From Candidatus Omnitrophota bacterium (GTDB lineage: Bacteria; Omnitrophota; Gorgyraeia; Duberdicusellales; 4484-171), in assembly GCA_037146775.1 (NCBI GenBank), contig JBAWWL010000003.1:66334-130333 (forward strand): 64,000 bases of DNA. The letters are read 5' to 3'. The position numbers and the translations under genes were made by a program. Under the pieces are notes generated by a model that saw only the letters and a program-made list of their open reading frames with translations, did no database searches and was not told the origin of the DNA. Positions 8,957 through 18,843 of the stretch are shown piece by piece. The first letter of the stretch is position 1. Every line of letters begins with the position of its first letter.

Positions 8957-10634
8957 ACAAGAAAAACTTATTTTAACCGCTATTCTGCTCGTGGGGGTAA
9001 TTCTAAGGTTGTGGGGAGTAAATTTTTCGCCTTATCATCCCGATGAACCATTAGTAGTGAATCAAACTCTTGCTTTTGGCACAGGCCATCTTGTTCCCCA
9101 TGTTTATTATTACCCACCACTTTTTCACTATATACTTTTAATGTTTTATGGGTTTTTCTTTTTACTGGGATGGCTTATGGGGCCATTCAGAAATTTGGAT
9201 AATTTTTTCACACTAGTGCTTACCAACCCCCTACCCTTTTATGTTATAGGCAGAATTTTGGTTGCTTTAATAGGAGCTTGTACGGTACTCCCTGTTTACA
9301 TAATTACAAAAAATTTGTATTCTAAACGCGCAGCATTGATGGCTGCATTATTTATGGCTTGTACTTATTTACACGTGAGCGATTCTCATTATTGCACTGT
9401 TGATATTCCGATGACTTTTCTTTTGATGCTTAGTTATGTATTTATATTGAAACTTACCGAAAAAGAGAATTTAAAAAACTATATCATTTGTGGACTTTTG
9501 GTAGGTTTGGCAATGGCAACAAAGTATAATGCTGGGGTGTTAATTTTTAGTATGGCTACCGCAACTTTTTTAAGCTTGTCACGGAAAAACAGCGTCGTTC
9601 AGAATTTACATATCATCAGAGCCTTAATCGTAGCTTATATGGTAACTACTTTGACTTTTTTTATTTTTTGTTCCTATATAATTTTCGATTTCCCCGGTTC
9701 TTGGAAGGCATGGCAAGTTCTTGTTACACTAGGAAAAAACATGAATGTTGGTATTTGGCATCGTTTTAGCGTTGATTTGTTCTATGGTATTGGTTTACCA
9801 TTGGAAATTTTTGGAATAAGTGGTTTTGTGTATCTAATTCGAAGAAGACGCAAAAAAGACATAGTTTTTATCCTTTTCCCCATTATATACTTGATAGGCA
9901 TTAGAAAGGTTGGCCAGCCTTTTGCCAGATATTCAATGCCTCTGGTTCCGTTTTTTGTAATAGCTGCAGCTCTATTTTTAGAAGTGATATATGATAAAAT
10001 TAAATTAAACCAGTTCTATAAAAAAATATTATTATCCTGCCTGATTGTTGTTATGCTTTTGATGCCTTTGGCAAAATCATTTTATGCGGACTATTTGTTC
10101 AGTAAACCAGATATTCGTAATTTAGCGAAAGAATGGATATATAAAAATATTCCTTATGGCTCCGGAATCGCGGTTGACAATCCTCAATACGCCCCATTTT
10201 TATATGCTACGAAAGCGCAGCTGCAAAATAAGATTAATTTTATTAAGGACAATGATAAGGGGACAGAAGCAAAGCGTAAACGTTTGCAGCTATTGTTAAA
10301 TCTTAAAACTTATCCTATTGAAAACTATCGAGTTTATTATTTCGGAACAACGCCTGCTGAATTTAGCATGCACACCCCCGTGGTTACTTACAGCAAAGAA
10401 GATATTTTTAGTAATGGTATCGAATATATAATTACGAATGATTTTTCAGAGCAGGAAAATAAAACATTTTATGAAAACATAAGAAAAGATATTATTTTAA
10501 TCCATGAATTTAATGCTTTGAAAGATAAAAAGCTCGACTACAGCAAATATCCATATAGCTATTTACCAATAGATGATACTTTGTTTAATTTAAGATATAA
10601 TGGAATAAATATAAAAATTTATAAAGTTAAATAA
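8946..10634 (+). CDS. GT-C (ArnT/PMT_2-like) membrane glycosyltransferase
   Basis: HPDE after first TM, YPPLF, GLAMATKYN, ARYSMPLVP; many TM segments. Confidence 0.75.
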   Translation: MKIKQEKLILTAILLVGVILRLWGVNFSPYHPDEPLVVNQTLAFGTGHLVPHVYYYPPLFHYILLMFYGFFFLLGWLMGPFRNLDNFFTLVLTNPLPFYVIGRILVALIGACTVLPVYIITKNLYSKRAALMAALFMACTYLHVSDSHYCTVDIPMTFLLMLSYVFILKLTEKENLKNYIICGLLVGLAMATKYNAGVLIFSMATATFLSLSRKNSVVQNLHIIRALIVAYMVTTLTFFIFCSYIIFDFPGSWKAWQVLVTLGKNMNVGIWHRFSVDLFYGIGLPLEIFGISGFVYLIRRRRKKDIVFILFPIIYLIGIRKVGQPFARYSMPLVPFFVIAAALFLEVIYDKIKLNQFYKKILLSCLIVVMLLMPLAKSFYADYLFSKPDIRNLAKEWIYKNIPYGSGIAVDNPQYAPFLYATKAQLQNKINFIKDNDKGTEAKRKRLQLLLNLKTYPIENYRVYYFGTTPAEFSMHTPVVTYSKEDIFSNGIEYIITNDFSEQENKTFYENIRKDIILIHEFNALKDKKLDYSKYPYSYLPIDDTLFNLRYNGINIKIYKVK

Positions 10635-11506
10635 TGATTAAGCCCCAACTATTTTGTAATTTCTGTAATGGTTCGCGGCAGCGATTATTATATAAAACTA
10701 ATCCTCATTTAGTGGTTTGTGGTGATTGCGGTTTAGTATACACAAATTTTCAACCATCTATTAAAAGAATGATGGAATTTTACAATGAAGACTATTTTAT
10801 AAGCAATAATTCTATCGAAAAAGGCTACTCTCATTATGTAGAAGACAAACAAAATCTTATCAATACATTCTCCCGTCGCATGAACATAATAGAAAAATAC
10901 CACTCTGTGCCGGGAAAGATATTAGACGTGGGGTGTGCCGCTGGGTTTTTTTTAAGTGTTGCAAAGCAAAGAAGATGGCATGTGTATGGAGTGGATATAT
11001 CTAAATTTTGTAAAAATTATGCGCAACGAGAACTGAATATTAATATTGAACACGGCTTGTTTCTCAACACAAATTTTGGAGAAGCATTTTTTGATGTCAT
11101 AACAATGTGGGATTATTTAGAGCACTCTATAACTCCCAAGGAAGATGTTTTGAAGGCAAAGACATTATTGAAAGACAAAGGGCTATTGGTAATTGCTACT
11201 CCAGATATTTCAAGCTTCCCGAGCCGCACATTTCGTCAAGATTGGATTGGTATAAAGCTAGAAGAACACTTTTTTTATTTTTCCAAAACTTTTTTAGAGC
11301 AATTTTTAAATAAAAACGGTTTTAGGATAGTGGAATCCGGCTATATTGGTAAATATGTATCATTAAGAATGGTAGCTGACAGATTGATATATTACAACAA
11401 GTTTTTATCTTTTATCGGGGGAAGAGTTTTAACAAAAATTAACTTTTCTTTTTATTGCAACCCATTCGATATCACATATATTATTGCCAAAAAAATTATA
11501 TCTTAA
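10634..11506 (+). CDS. Class I SAM-dependent methyltransferase with N-terminal CxxC/CxxC
   Basis: CNFC...CGDCG, ILDVGCAAG, FDVITMWDYLEH. Confidence 0.85.
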   Translation: MIKPQLFCNFCNGSRQRLLYKTNPHLVVCGDCGLVYTNFQPSIKRMMEFYNEDYFISNNSIEKGYSHYVEDKQNLINTFSRRMNIIEKYHSVPGKILDVGCAAGFFLSVAKQRRWHVYGVDISKFCKNYAQRELNINIEHGLFLNTNFGEAFFDVITMWDYLEHSITPKEDVLKAKTLLKDKGLLVIATPDISSFPSRTFRQDWIGIKLEEHFFYFSKTFLEQFLNKNGFRIVESGYIGKYVSLRMVADRLIYYNKFLSFIGGRVLTKINFSFYCNPFDITYIIAKKIIS

Positions 11507-11534
11507 AAAGTATTTTTCTAATAGCATTACAATA

Positions 11535-13706
11535 ATGAAAAAACATATTGGTTTTGTGTTATTTTTTGCTGCAATCATTTACATTTTCTTGGGCGATCTT
11601 ATTGTAATGAAATCAGCATTTCTGCATGGTGATTATCTACAGCAATTCTATCCTTGGAGTAAGCTTTATAGCCAAGCTATTAAAAATTTCTCTTTTCCTT
11701 TTTGGGTGAGATATTTCGGCTGTGGATTTCCTTTAATGGCAGAAGGCCAGGTTGGAGGATTTTACCCTTTAAATATGATTTTATTTTTTGCACTGCCTTT
11801 TCATATCGCTTATAACTATTCAATAGTTCTACACTTTACTTTAGCAGGATTTTTTACGTATTTATACACTCGTAAGCTCGGTGCTGACCAGTGGGGTGGG
11901 GCACTTGCGGCATTACTTTTCTGTTTTGGTTCCGGCTACGCCGGGTGTTTTTATAATATTGTTACCCTTAAAACTTTGGTGTGGTTTCCTTTTGTACTTT
12001 TCATGTTTGAAAAATATTTCCAGTATAAAAAGATAAAGTATCTTATTATCTCCGGAGTGATTTTAGGAATGCAACTTTTAGCAGGTTTTGCCCAAATGGC
12101 CGCCTACAGCGCGTTATTTTATTTTATATATTTTGTTTACGGATTGATTACTCGCAGAACTTTTAAATTGATGGATCTGGGTAAGTTATTGACAGGGTTA
12201 TTTGTGGCTATGCTTATTTTTTTACCGCAGTTATTGTTGAGTTGGCCGCTCATTAAGCTTTCGGGACGAACAGATTCATCGCTCGGGTTTGCTTTGTGGG
12301 GATCATTCAATCCCTTAAATCTTATTAGCCTATTTTTCCCATCTCTTATATTCTATGGTGCCCAGATTTATATAGGAATTTTTTCGCTTATTTTTTTAAT
12401 AACCGCTTTTGCAAATGTAAGACAAAAGACAAAAATGTGGCCGCTTTTTTCAATACTTTTCTTTAGTCTATTTTTTGCACTCGGTGCTTATAATCCATTC
12501 TATGTACTTTTTTTAAAATTAACAAAATTCTATAGTTTTCGGAATCCATCAAAATTCATATTTTTTACAAGTTTTAGTTTATCCGTTTTAGCCGGTTTGG
12601 GATTTAAAGAATTTTTTTCTAACCAGGATATCCCACGTCGAGCCAAGAATCTTAAGTTTTTTTCGTTATGTATCTGTATAGTGCTGCTTATTTTTTCGCT
12701 TGCCAGGCTCGCACTTTATCTATTCCGGGTGCATATTTTAAACGTAGGAAAATGGTATGTTACCAACTATATTTTTGGTAAAGAATATCATCGCTATGAC
12801 TTGATCAGCTATCTTAATAGAATTAACGGTTTTTATAGCCAACTTTTTGAGCGTATTTCCGTATCGAATATCTTTACTGTTATATCTATTATTTTTTGTA
12901 TTTTCGCGTTATTCGTAGTATTGCGCATTATGAAAAGAGAAAAAAATAACAACCTATCAAAACCTTTTTTCTTTTCATTTATTGCTTTTGAGATATTTAT
13001 TTATAGTTTTTACGGTATTGGTTTTAGGGGCAATATAAGGACATTTAATTATTTACAACCAACTCACCGTATTATTTTAGAAATATTGCAAAAAGATAAG
13101 GAAATTTTCAGGATATTACCTTTTGGTTTAACCGCTGAATTTATGCCGTGGTGGATTAAGCCTAATGCAAATATTATTGTTGGTTTAGACAGCCCGGCAG
13201 TTTATAGTCCATTAGCTCAAAGAAGTTATAGAAAAGAACTCTCAACATTAGAAGTAGTTGATGATTCTCTTGGTCTTATGACGCCTTCAGAACAAGCGTT
13301 GATTGATAAATATCGGTTGCTTAAGGTCCTTAACGTAAAATATATTCTTTCAAACAAAGAGCTCAAGAATAAATTTTTAGAAAAGATTACATTCGAGAAT
13401 GGGATTTTTCTTTACCGATTAAAGGGGTGTTTACCGCGAGTATTTTTTACCGAACATATAATCGGAGATATCAAAATAGACCCACCCCAAGCCTTAAAAG
13501 TCAAAGTATACAAAGATGGTTTTATGGAATTAGAAATAATAGTGCAAAAGAAAGGTTTTGTTGTGTTTTCAGAAAACTATTATCCAGGATGGCAGGCGTA
13601 CATAGATGGTAATAAAAAAGAGATTGTGAAAGTTAAAGATTTAATTCAGGGTGTAGCCGTAAAGAATGGAAAACACAAAGTTATTTTTAAATATAATCCT
13701 TTCTAG
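11535..13706 (+). CDS. YfhO-family GT-C-like membrane protein
   Basis: GDYLQQFYP, GFPLMAEGQVGGFYP, C-terminal SENYYPGWQAYIDG...GKHKV. Confidence 0.75.
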   Translation: MKKHIGFVLFFAAIIYIFLGDLIVMKSAFLHGDYLQQFYPWSKLYSQAIKNFSFPFWVRYFGCGFPLMAEGQVGGFYPLNMILFFALPFHIAYNYSIVLHFTLAGFFTYLYTRKLGADQWGGALAALLFCFGSGYAGCFYNIVTLKTLVWFPFVLFMFEKYFQYKKIKYLIISGVILGMQLLAGFAQMAAYSALFYFIYFVYGLITRRTFKLMDLGKLLTGLFVAMLIFLPQLLLSWPLIKLSGRTDSSLGFALWGSFNPLNLISLFFPSLIFYGAQIYIGIFSLIFLITAFANVRQKTKMWPLFSILFFSLFFALGAYNPFYVLFLKLTKFYSFRNPSKFIFFTSFSLSVLAGLGFKEFFSNQDIPRRAKNLKFFSLCICIVLLIFSLARLALYLFRVHILNVGKWYVTNYIFGKEYHRYDLISYLNRINGFYSQLFERISVSNIFTVISIIFCIFALFVVLRIMKREKNNNLSKPFFFSFIAFEIFIYSFYGIGFRGNIRTFNYLQPTHRIILEILQKDKEIFRILPFGLTAEFMPWWIKPNANIIVGLDSPAVYSPLAQRSYRKELSTLEVVDDSLGLMTPSEQALIDKYRLLKVLNVKYILSNKELKNKFLEKITFENGIFLYRLKGCLPRVFFTEHIIGDIKIDPPQALKVKVYKDGFMELEIIVQKKGFVVFSENYYPGWQAYIDGNKKEIVKVKDLIQGVAVKNGKHKVIFKYNPF

Positions 13707-13712
13707 CAAATC

Positions 13713-15368
13713 ATGAAAAATATAATTGCAGTCATAATTTTGCTATGCATCTTTGTGGTATTGGTTATTTCAAGCATGCGTGAGAATTCCGGTACTTGCG
13801 ACGAAATTGCGCACCACATACCCGCAGGGGTTATTATGCTTACCAAAGGTGATTTAAAAATGGATACTTCTCAGCCCCCCTTGGCGCGGTATATCATAGC
13901 TCTCCCAGTAGTATTATTTCTTAATCCTGTTGTTCCAACCGAAAAAGAAATATGGAGGGTAGAAGACAGAAGCATTTTTGGTAGAGATTTTTTCTTTAAA
14001 GACAACATTCATCCAAAACGCATATTATTTGCCAGCCGGCTAATGATAGTAATGATTGGCTGTTTGTGTGGTTTGATAATTTTTCTTTGGTCGAAAAGCT
14101 TATTTGGAATAAAAACTGCCGTTTTTGCTTTATTTTTTTATATTTTTTCACCGGACATTATAACTCACGCTCAACTCGCAACCACGGATATGGCAGCTAC
14201 TTTCTTTGTGCTGTTGAGTATTTATTGCTTCTGGCGTTTCTCTAAGAATAAAAATAATCTCAATTTGTTGATTACCGGTATCACCCTTGGCCTTGCTCAG
14301 CTTGCGAAATATTCCGCAATGATTCTTTATCCTATATTTATCTTCTTAATGGTAATCGAATTCATCTTGGCAAAGAGAATAATCTGGAAATCATGTAATT
14401 CGTTAATTTTGATTTTTTTACTATCAATCGTCACAATATGGGCTGGTTATGGCTTTAGCCTAAAACCGATTTTAAAAGATGCAATGAGAGTAGAGGAAAA
14501 ATTACAAGTTGTTGATAGTCAAACGACAAGGCTTCTTCCTTTTTTGAACACAAACAGTAGAAGCAAAGTAAATAATTTTTTATTGCGTATCCCTGTGCCG
14601 CTAGGTGAGCATCTTCTGGGAATATCAGGCATAGCCAAACACGGTAAGGATGGTCACAGGAGCTATTTTTTAGGCCGCTGGTCCAGTGGGGGGAATCTTT
14701 TGTATTTCGTTGTGGCATTCTTTATTAAAACCCCTATTTCGCTTCTTTTGTTACTTATCTGGGGTATTTTTACCTTGCATAAGGATACCTCTTTATTAAA
14801 TAGATATTTTCTTGCTGTGCCGCCATTGATATATTTTATAGTTGCTTCATTTAGCAATTTACAAATAGGCGTGCGGCATTTATTGCCTATGTACCCATTT
14901 TGCTTTATCCTGGCTGCCAGCAGTGTGTACCTATTGGAAGGCAAAATTTTTAAAGCAATATTTGTAATATTATGCATGTGGTATGTTGCGGGTTCGCTTT
15001 TTATTTGGCCGCATTATTTGAGTTATTTCAACGAATTAGCTGGAGGGCCAGATAATGGTTGGAAATATTTGCGCGATTCTAATATTGATTGGGGGCAGGA
15101 TTTGCCGGCGCTAGGGAAATATATTAAAAGAAATAATATTGGTGAGGTTCGTTTGATGTATTTTGGCGAAGATAGCCCCGGCCTGTATGGAATAAATTTT
15201 AAGAAAATAAATAACAAAGAAGTAATAAAGCCAGAAAATAAAGTTTATGCAATCAGTGTTCAATATTTGGATTCAATTAATTGGGCTATAAATTTAAAGC
15301 CCACAACTAAAGCAGGATACTCTATATTTATATACGATTTTCGAGATAGAACAAATGTTCAAAAATAA
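13713..15368 (+). CDS. GT-C (ArnT/PMT_2-like) membrane glycosyltransferase
   Basis: TCDEIAH, QPPLAR, HAQLATTD, IGVRHLLP, DSNIDWGQDL. Confidence 0.75.
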   Translation: MKNIIAVIILLCIFVVLVISSMRENSGTCDEIAHHIPAGVIMLTKGDLKMDTSQPPLARYIIALPVVLFLNPVVPTEKEIWRVEDRSIFGRDFFFKDNIHPKRILFASRLMIVMIGCLCGLIIFLWSKSLFGIKTAVFALFFYIFSPDIITHAQLATTDMAATFFVLLSIYCFWRFSKNKNNLNLLITGITLGLAQLAKYSAMILYPIFIFLMVIEFILAKRIIWKSCNSLILIFLLSIVTIWAGYGFSLKPILKDAMRVEEKLQVVDSQTTRLLPFLNTNSRSKVNNFLLRIPVPLGEHLLGISGIAKHGKDGHRSYFLGRWSSGGNLLYFVVAFFIKTPISLLLLLIWGIFTLHKDTSLLNRYFLAVPPLIYFIVASFSNLQIGVRHLLPMYPFCFILAASSVYLLEGKIFKAIFVILCMWYVAGSLFIWPHYLSYFNELAGGPDNGWKYLRDSNIDWGQDLPALGKYIKRNNIGEVRLMYFGEDSPGLYGINFKKINNKEVIKPENKVYAISVQYLDSINWAINLKPTTKAGYSIFIYDFRDRTNVQK

Positions 15369-15477
15369 TATAAAAAAAATAGTTCCTTTTCTGTTGGCTA
15401 TCTGGGCTATTTTTGTTATTGTCATGTATACAAAAACTTTTATTATTCCGCGTTTGCTTGACGCAATAAAAAAATGA
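15355..15477 (+). CDS. Small single-TM protein (40 aa), absent from the ORF track
   Basis: MFKNNIKKIVPFLLAIWAIFVIVMYTKTFIIPRLLDAIKK*; overlaps the upstream stop and has an ATGA overlap with 15474. Confidence 0.55.
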   Translation: MFKNNIKKIVPFLLAIWAIFVIVMYTKTFIIPRLLDAIKK

Positions 15478-17252
15478 CAAGTATTTTTTATTTTATAATT
15501 ATTATTCTCATTGCCTATGGATTAGGCAAACTACTTTTTAATCTATTCATCAGAAAGCCTAACAGTTTATTAGAGGATTTTACTTTTTCTGTTGGTCTGG
15601 GGCTAGCTTTGCTTGGGTATGTTGTTTATATAATTGGAAGTCTTGGTTTCTTATATCAGAAATATATTTTAACTGCACTTATGTTGTGTGTCTTAGTGGC
15701 TATCTACCCAGCTTATAGATTCATATATGGTTTTAGGCATTATAATATATCTAAAACGATAAAGAGCTTGAATATATTTGAAAAATTTCTTATAGGCATA
15801 ATAATCTTTGTTCCCGTTGTGTGTTTGTTTGGCGCTCTGGCTCCGGAAATAGGCAACGATACCCTTAGTTATCACCTGTATCATCCTAAAATCTTTATCG
15901 AAAATCACAAAATAGGTTATATTCCTTTTACCAGAGAGTCGCTTTGGCCTTATCTTGCTGAAATGCTTTTTACGATGGGGCTTATTTTAAAAAGCGTGAC
16001 AGTGGCAAAGTTGTTTCATTATTTCTTTGGAATTTTATCTGCCATGGCAGTTTTTTCTTTTACACGGAAATTTTTCTCACAAAAAGTAGCCTTATTGGCA
16101 ACAGCATTATTTTTATCCGCTCCGGGAATATTTATGCAAATGGTCTATTCTTATATTGATCTAGCTCAATGTTTTTATTCTTTTCTTGCGTTCTATGTGT
16201 TAATGCTTTGGATGGAAAGTAAGCATATAAGATTGTTGATGCTTTCTGCTGTTTTTGTCGGCTTAACCATTTCGGTAAAGCTTTTAGGCGGCATTACCTT
16301 GCTGGTATTATGTTTGATTATGCTATTAGAGTTTATACGTATAAAAACAAATTATAAAAATATGCTGAAGTATTTTTTTATTTTTGGATTCATCACCTTT
16401 CTTGTATGTTGCGTATGGTATATACGTTCGTATTTTGTACTCGGTAACCCAGTATACCCATTTTTGCATAATATATTTGGAACTGGTTGGGAAACTAATA
16501 TTAATGTGGATGTTGGAACCAAAAAAGACTTTCTTGGATTTTTGATGTTGCCCTGGGATGTGGTTATGCAATTAGATAGTTTTGGTGGCCAGCAGATCGG
16601 TGTTATATTTTTAGCGTTTTTACCATTTTTATTTTTTGTCTCTCTTAAAAATTACCCACAACATTACCTTTTTATTTTTTTAATTTGCCATGCTCTTTTG
16701 TGGTTTGTGGTAGATCCCCAATTGCGTTTTACTTTTGCGAATTTTGCTGTTGCGTTTATATTAATTAGCATAGGATTTTATGGTGCGCTGCGAAAATATA
16801 ATCTTTCTTTTATAAAGATATTACTTTTGATTTGTATTCTATTTAACATGGTTTTGTGTGTTTACTATAATATTGATGCTATAAAACTGAGTTTTGGCCT
16901 AACAAGCAAAGAAAACTATATTTTACACAAGGAAAGGACTTATCCTATCGCTACCTTTGTGAACAAAAATTTTCCTTCAAATAGTGTGGTCATAGCTATA
17001 TGTGAACCCCGTGGTTTTTATTTCGACAGAAAAATTATTTTTTACGATATTTGGGAAAATGTTACAAAAGGAAATATTTATCCATACATCGCCAAGCTTA
17101 AAAAAGATAAAGTTCCTGTTTACCTTCTCTTCCGGGATGATGGTGATCTCGGACAATTTAAGACAACAATTGCTGCTAAAATTCCTATCTATAAGATTGC
17201 CAGAGAAGTTGACGAAGGTAGATTTGCCAGCTATTACTTATTTGAGCTATAA
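15474..17252 (+). CDS. GT-C-type polytopic membrane protein
   Basis: APEIGNDTLSYHLYHP, WYIRSYFVLGNPVYP; many TM helices. Confidence 0.7.
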   Translation: MTSIFYFIIIILIAYGLGKLLFNLFIRKPNSLLEDFTFSVGLGLALLGYVVYIIGSLGFLYQKYILTALMLCVLVAIYPAYRFIYGFRHYNISKTIKSLNIFEKFLIGIIIFVPVVCLFGALAPEIGNDTLSYHLYHPKIFIENHKIGYIPFTRESLWPYLAEMLFTMGLILKSVTVAKLFHYFFGILSAMAVFSFTRKFFSQKVALLATALFLSAPGIFMQMVYSYIDLAQCFYSFLAFYVLMLWMESKHIRLLMLSAVFVGLTISVKLLGGITLLVLCLIMLLEFIRIKTNYKNMLKYFFIFGFITFLVCCVWYIRSYFVLGNPVYPFLHNIFGTGWETNINVDVGTKKDFLGFLMLPWDVVMQLDSFGGQQIGVIFLAFLPFLFFVSLKNYPQHYLFIFLICHALLWFVVDPQLRFTFANFAVAFILISIGFYGALRKYNLSFIKILLLICILFNMVLCVYYNIDAIKLSFGLTSKENYILHKERTYPIATFVNKNFPSNSVVIAICEPRGFYFDRKIIFYDIWENVTKGNIYPYIAKLKKDKVPVYLLFRDDGDLGQFKTTIAAKIPIYKIAREVDEGRFASYYLFEL

Positions 17253-17275
17253 AAATTAGTCTTTGCTGTATATTT

Positions 17276-17342
17276 TGACTATCAATGACTACTAATGACC
17301 ATTGAAGATAATTGTTGACAGTCATGGATGTGTTGATATAAT
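17276..17342 (+). promoter_or_regulatory. Consensus sigma70 promoter overlapped by 10-bp-period direct repeats
   Basis: TTGACA 17315-20, 16 bp, TATAAT 17337-42; TGACTATCAA TGACTACTAA TGACCATTGA AGATAATTGT TGACAGTCAT. Confidence 0.75.
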
Positions 17343-17573
17343 GCTTGAAAAATAAGGTATATTATTCCACTAAGTTCAAGTTGCTAATGAAACGCGTTAG
17401 AAACAATATAAGAGTATCGGTTTTCCTGGAAAACTGCTTGCATCAAAATAGTACAAGCAAAATTCGGGATTACCTCGGCAAAATCACGATGAAATCTATC
17501 GATTTCATCTGCCGACCTTTCAGGCAGATTTTTTCTGCCTCGCTTTTGCGAGGCGAACAAAATCTGGGATTAT

Positions 17574-17813
17574 ATGGAAATTAAGCCTAACGAAGTTTAT
17601 ACTACCGAAGAAGCTAGAAAACTGCTTAAAATAAGCCCTTCTACGACTATGCGTCTCATCAAAAAAGGCATTCTTCAGGCTGCAAAAGTTGGGAAACAAT
17701 ACCGCATTATGGGCAAAGAGTTATTGCGTCTTCTATCGCCACAGCTCGAAGATACTGTTGGTAAAGCTTATAATAAAGGCAGACAGTGGTTGCATGAAGA
17801 TGTGGATAAATAA
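17574..17813 (+). CDS. HTH_17 (excisionase/BldC-like) DNA-binding protein
   Basis: VYTTEEARKLLKISPSTTMRLIKKGILQAAKVGKQYRI. Confidence 0.85.
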   Translation: MEIKPNEVYTTEEARKLLKISPSTTMRLIKKGILQAAKVGKQYRIMGKELLRLLSPQLEDTVGKAYNKGRQWLHEDVDK

Positions 17814-17853
17814 GCATATTTATGAGATATAGGTTTATAAAGAAAGAAGGAGA

Positions 17854-18843
17854 ATGGTTATGAAAGACTTATTCAAAGATAAAGTAGTACTTATCACCGG
17901 CGGTACCGGTTCGTTTGGTAAGAAATTTACCGAGATTGTCTTAAAAAATTATAAACCCAAGAAACTTATCATTTTCAGTCGTGATGAGATGAAGCAGTAT
18001 GAAATGAGCAAAATTTTTAATCAAGAAAATATCCGTTATTTTGTCGGCGATGTGCGCGATGCAGATAGGCTTCATCGTGCACTTAACAGAGTCAATATTA
18101 TTGTACATGCTGCAGCTTTAAAAATAGTTCCTACCGCAGAGTATAATCCTTTTGAAGCCGTCAAAACAAATGTTATTGGCGCCGAAAACGTTATAAACAT
18201 GGCGATCGATAATGGTATCGAAAAGGTGATTGCTTTAAGCACAGATAAAGCAGCTAACCCCATAAATCTTTATGGAGCCACTAAGCTTTGCGCAGAGAAA
18301 ATGTTTGTTGCCGCTAATAATTATTCTCCACTTGGTACAAAATTTAGCGTGGTGCGTTACGGTAATGTTTTTGGTTCGCGTGGCAGCGTTGTGCCATTTT
18401 TTAAAGAATGTAAAAAGAAAGGTGTAGTACCCATAACTGATAAGCACATGACAAGATTTTGGATAACGCTTGAACAGGGAGTGGATTTTGTGCTTCAATC
18501 ATTGAAAGATATGAATGGTGGTGAGATATTTGTTCCTAAGATATCCAGCATGAAAGTCGTCGATTTAGCAAAAGCAATATGTCCAGAATGTAAGCAGGAA
18601 ATAGTCGGTATTCGCGCGGGAGAAAAACTTCATGAAACTCTGGTGCCTAAGGATGACGGCATACATACTTACGAATATGGCGACAGATTTATTACTTATC
18701 CTTATGTCGTTTTGCATAAAAATAAAAAAGATGGCGGTAAGCCCTTAGGTTTAAATTTTGATGGATACAGAAGCGATAATAATACCAAATGGCTTTCTGT
18801 CGAGCAGTTGAGGCAGATGGTGGAGAACGATGCCAAAACTTGA
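17854..18843 (+). CDS. pseB: UDP-GlcNAc 4,6-dehydratase (inverting)
   Basis: TGGTGSFG, SRDEMKQ, HAAALKIVPTAEYNP, STDKAANPINLYGATK, RYGNVFGSRGSV. Confidence 0.9.
   Translation: MVMKDLFKDKVVLITGGTGSFGKKFTEIVLKNYKPKKLIIFSRDEMKQYEMSKIFNQENIRYFVGDVRDADRLHRALNRVNIIVHAAALKIVPTAEYNPFEAVKTNVIGAENVINMAIDNGIEKVIALSTDKAANPINLYGATKLCAEKMFVAANNYSPLGTKFSVVRYGNVFGSRGSVVPFFKECKKKGVVPITDKHMTRFWITLEQGVDFVLQSLKDMNGGEIFVPKISSMKVVDLAKAICPECKQEIVGIRAGEKLHETLVPKDDGIHTYEYGDRFITYPYVVLHKNKKDGGKPLGLNFDGYRSDNNTKWLSVEQLRQMVENDAKT

Noticed and set aside
17345-17584. 79-aa ORF upstream of the HTH gene
   Set aside because: TTG start only 2 nt after the -10 box, no recognisable motif, runs through hairpins; better read as a leader
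17574-17813. Prophage or ICE excisionase
   Set aside because: No integrase, att site or phage genes nearby; the context suggests a regulator
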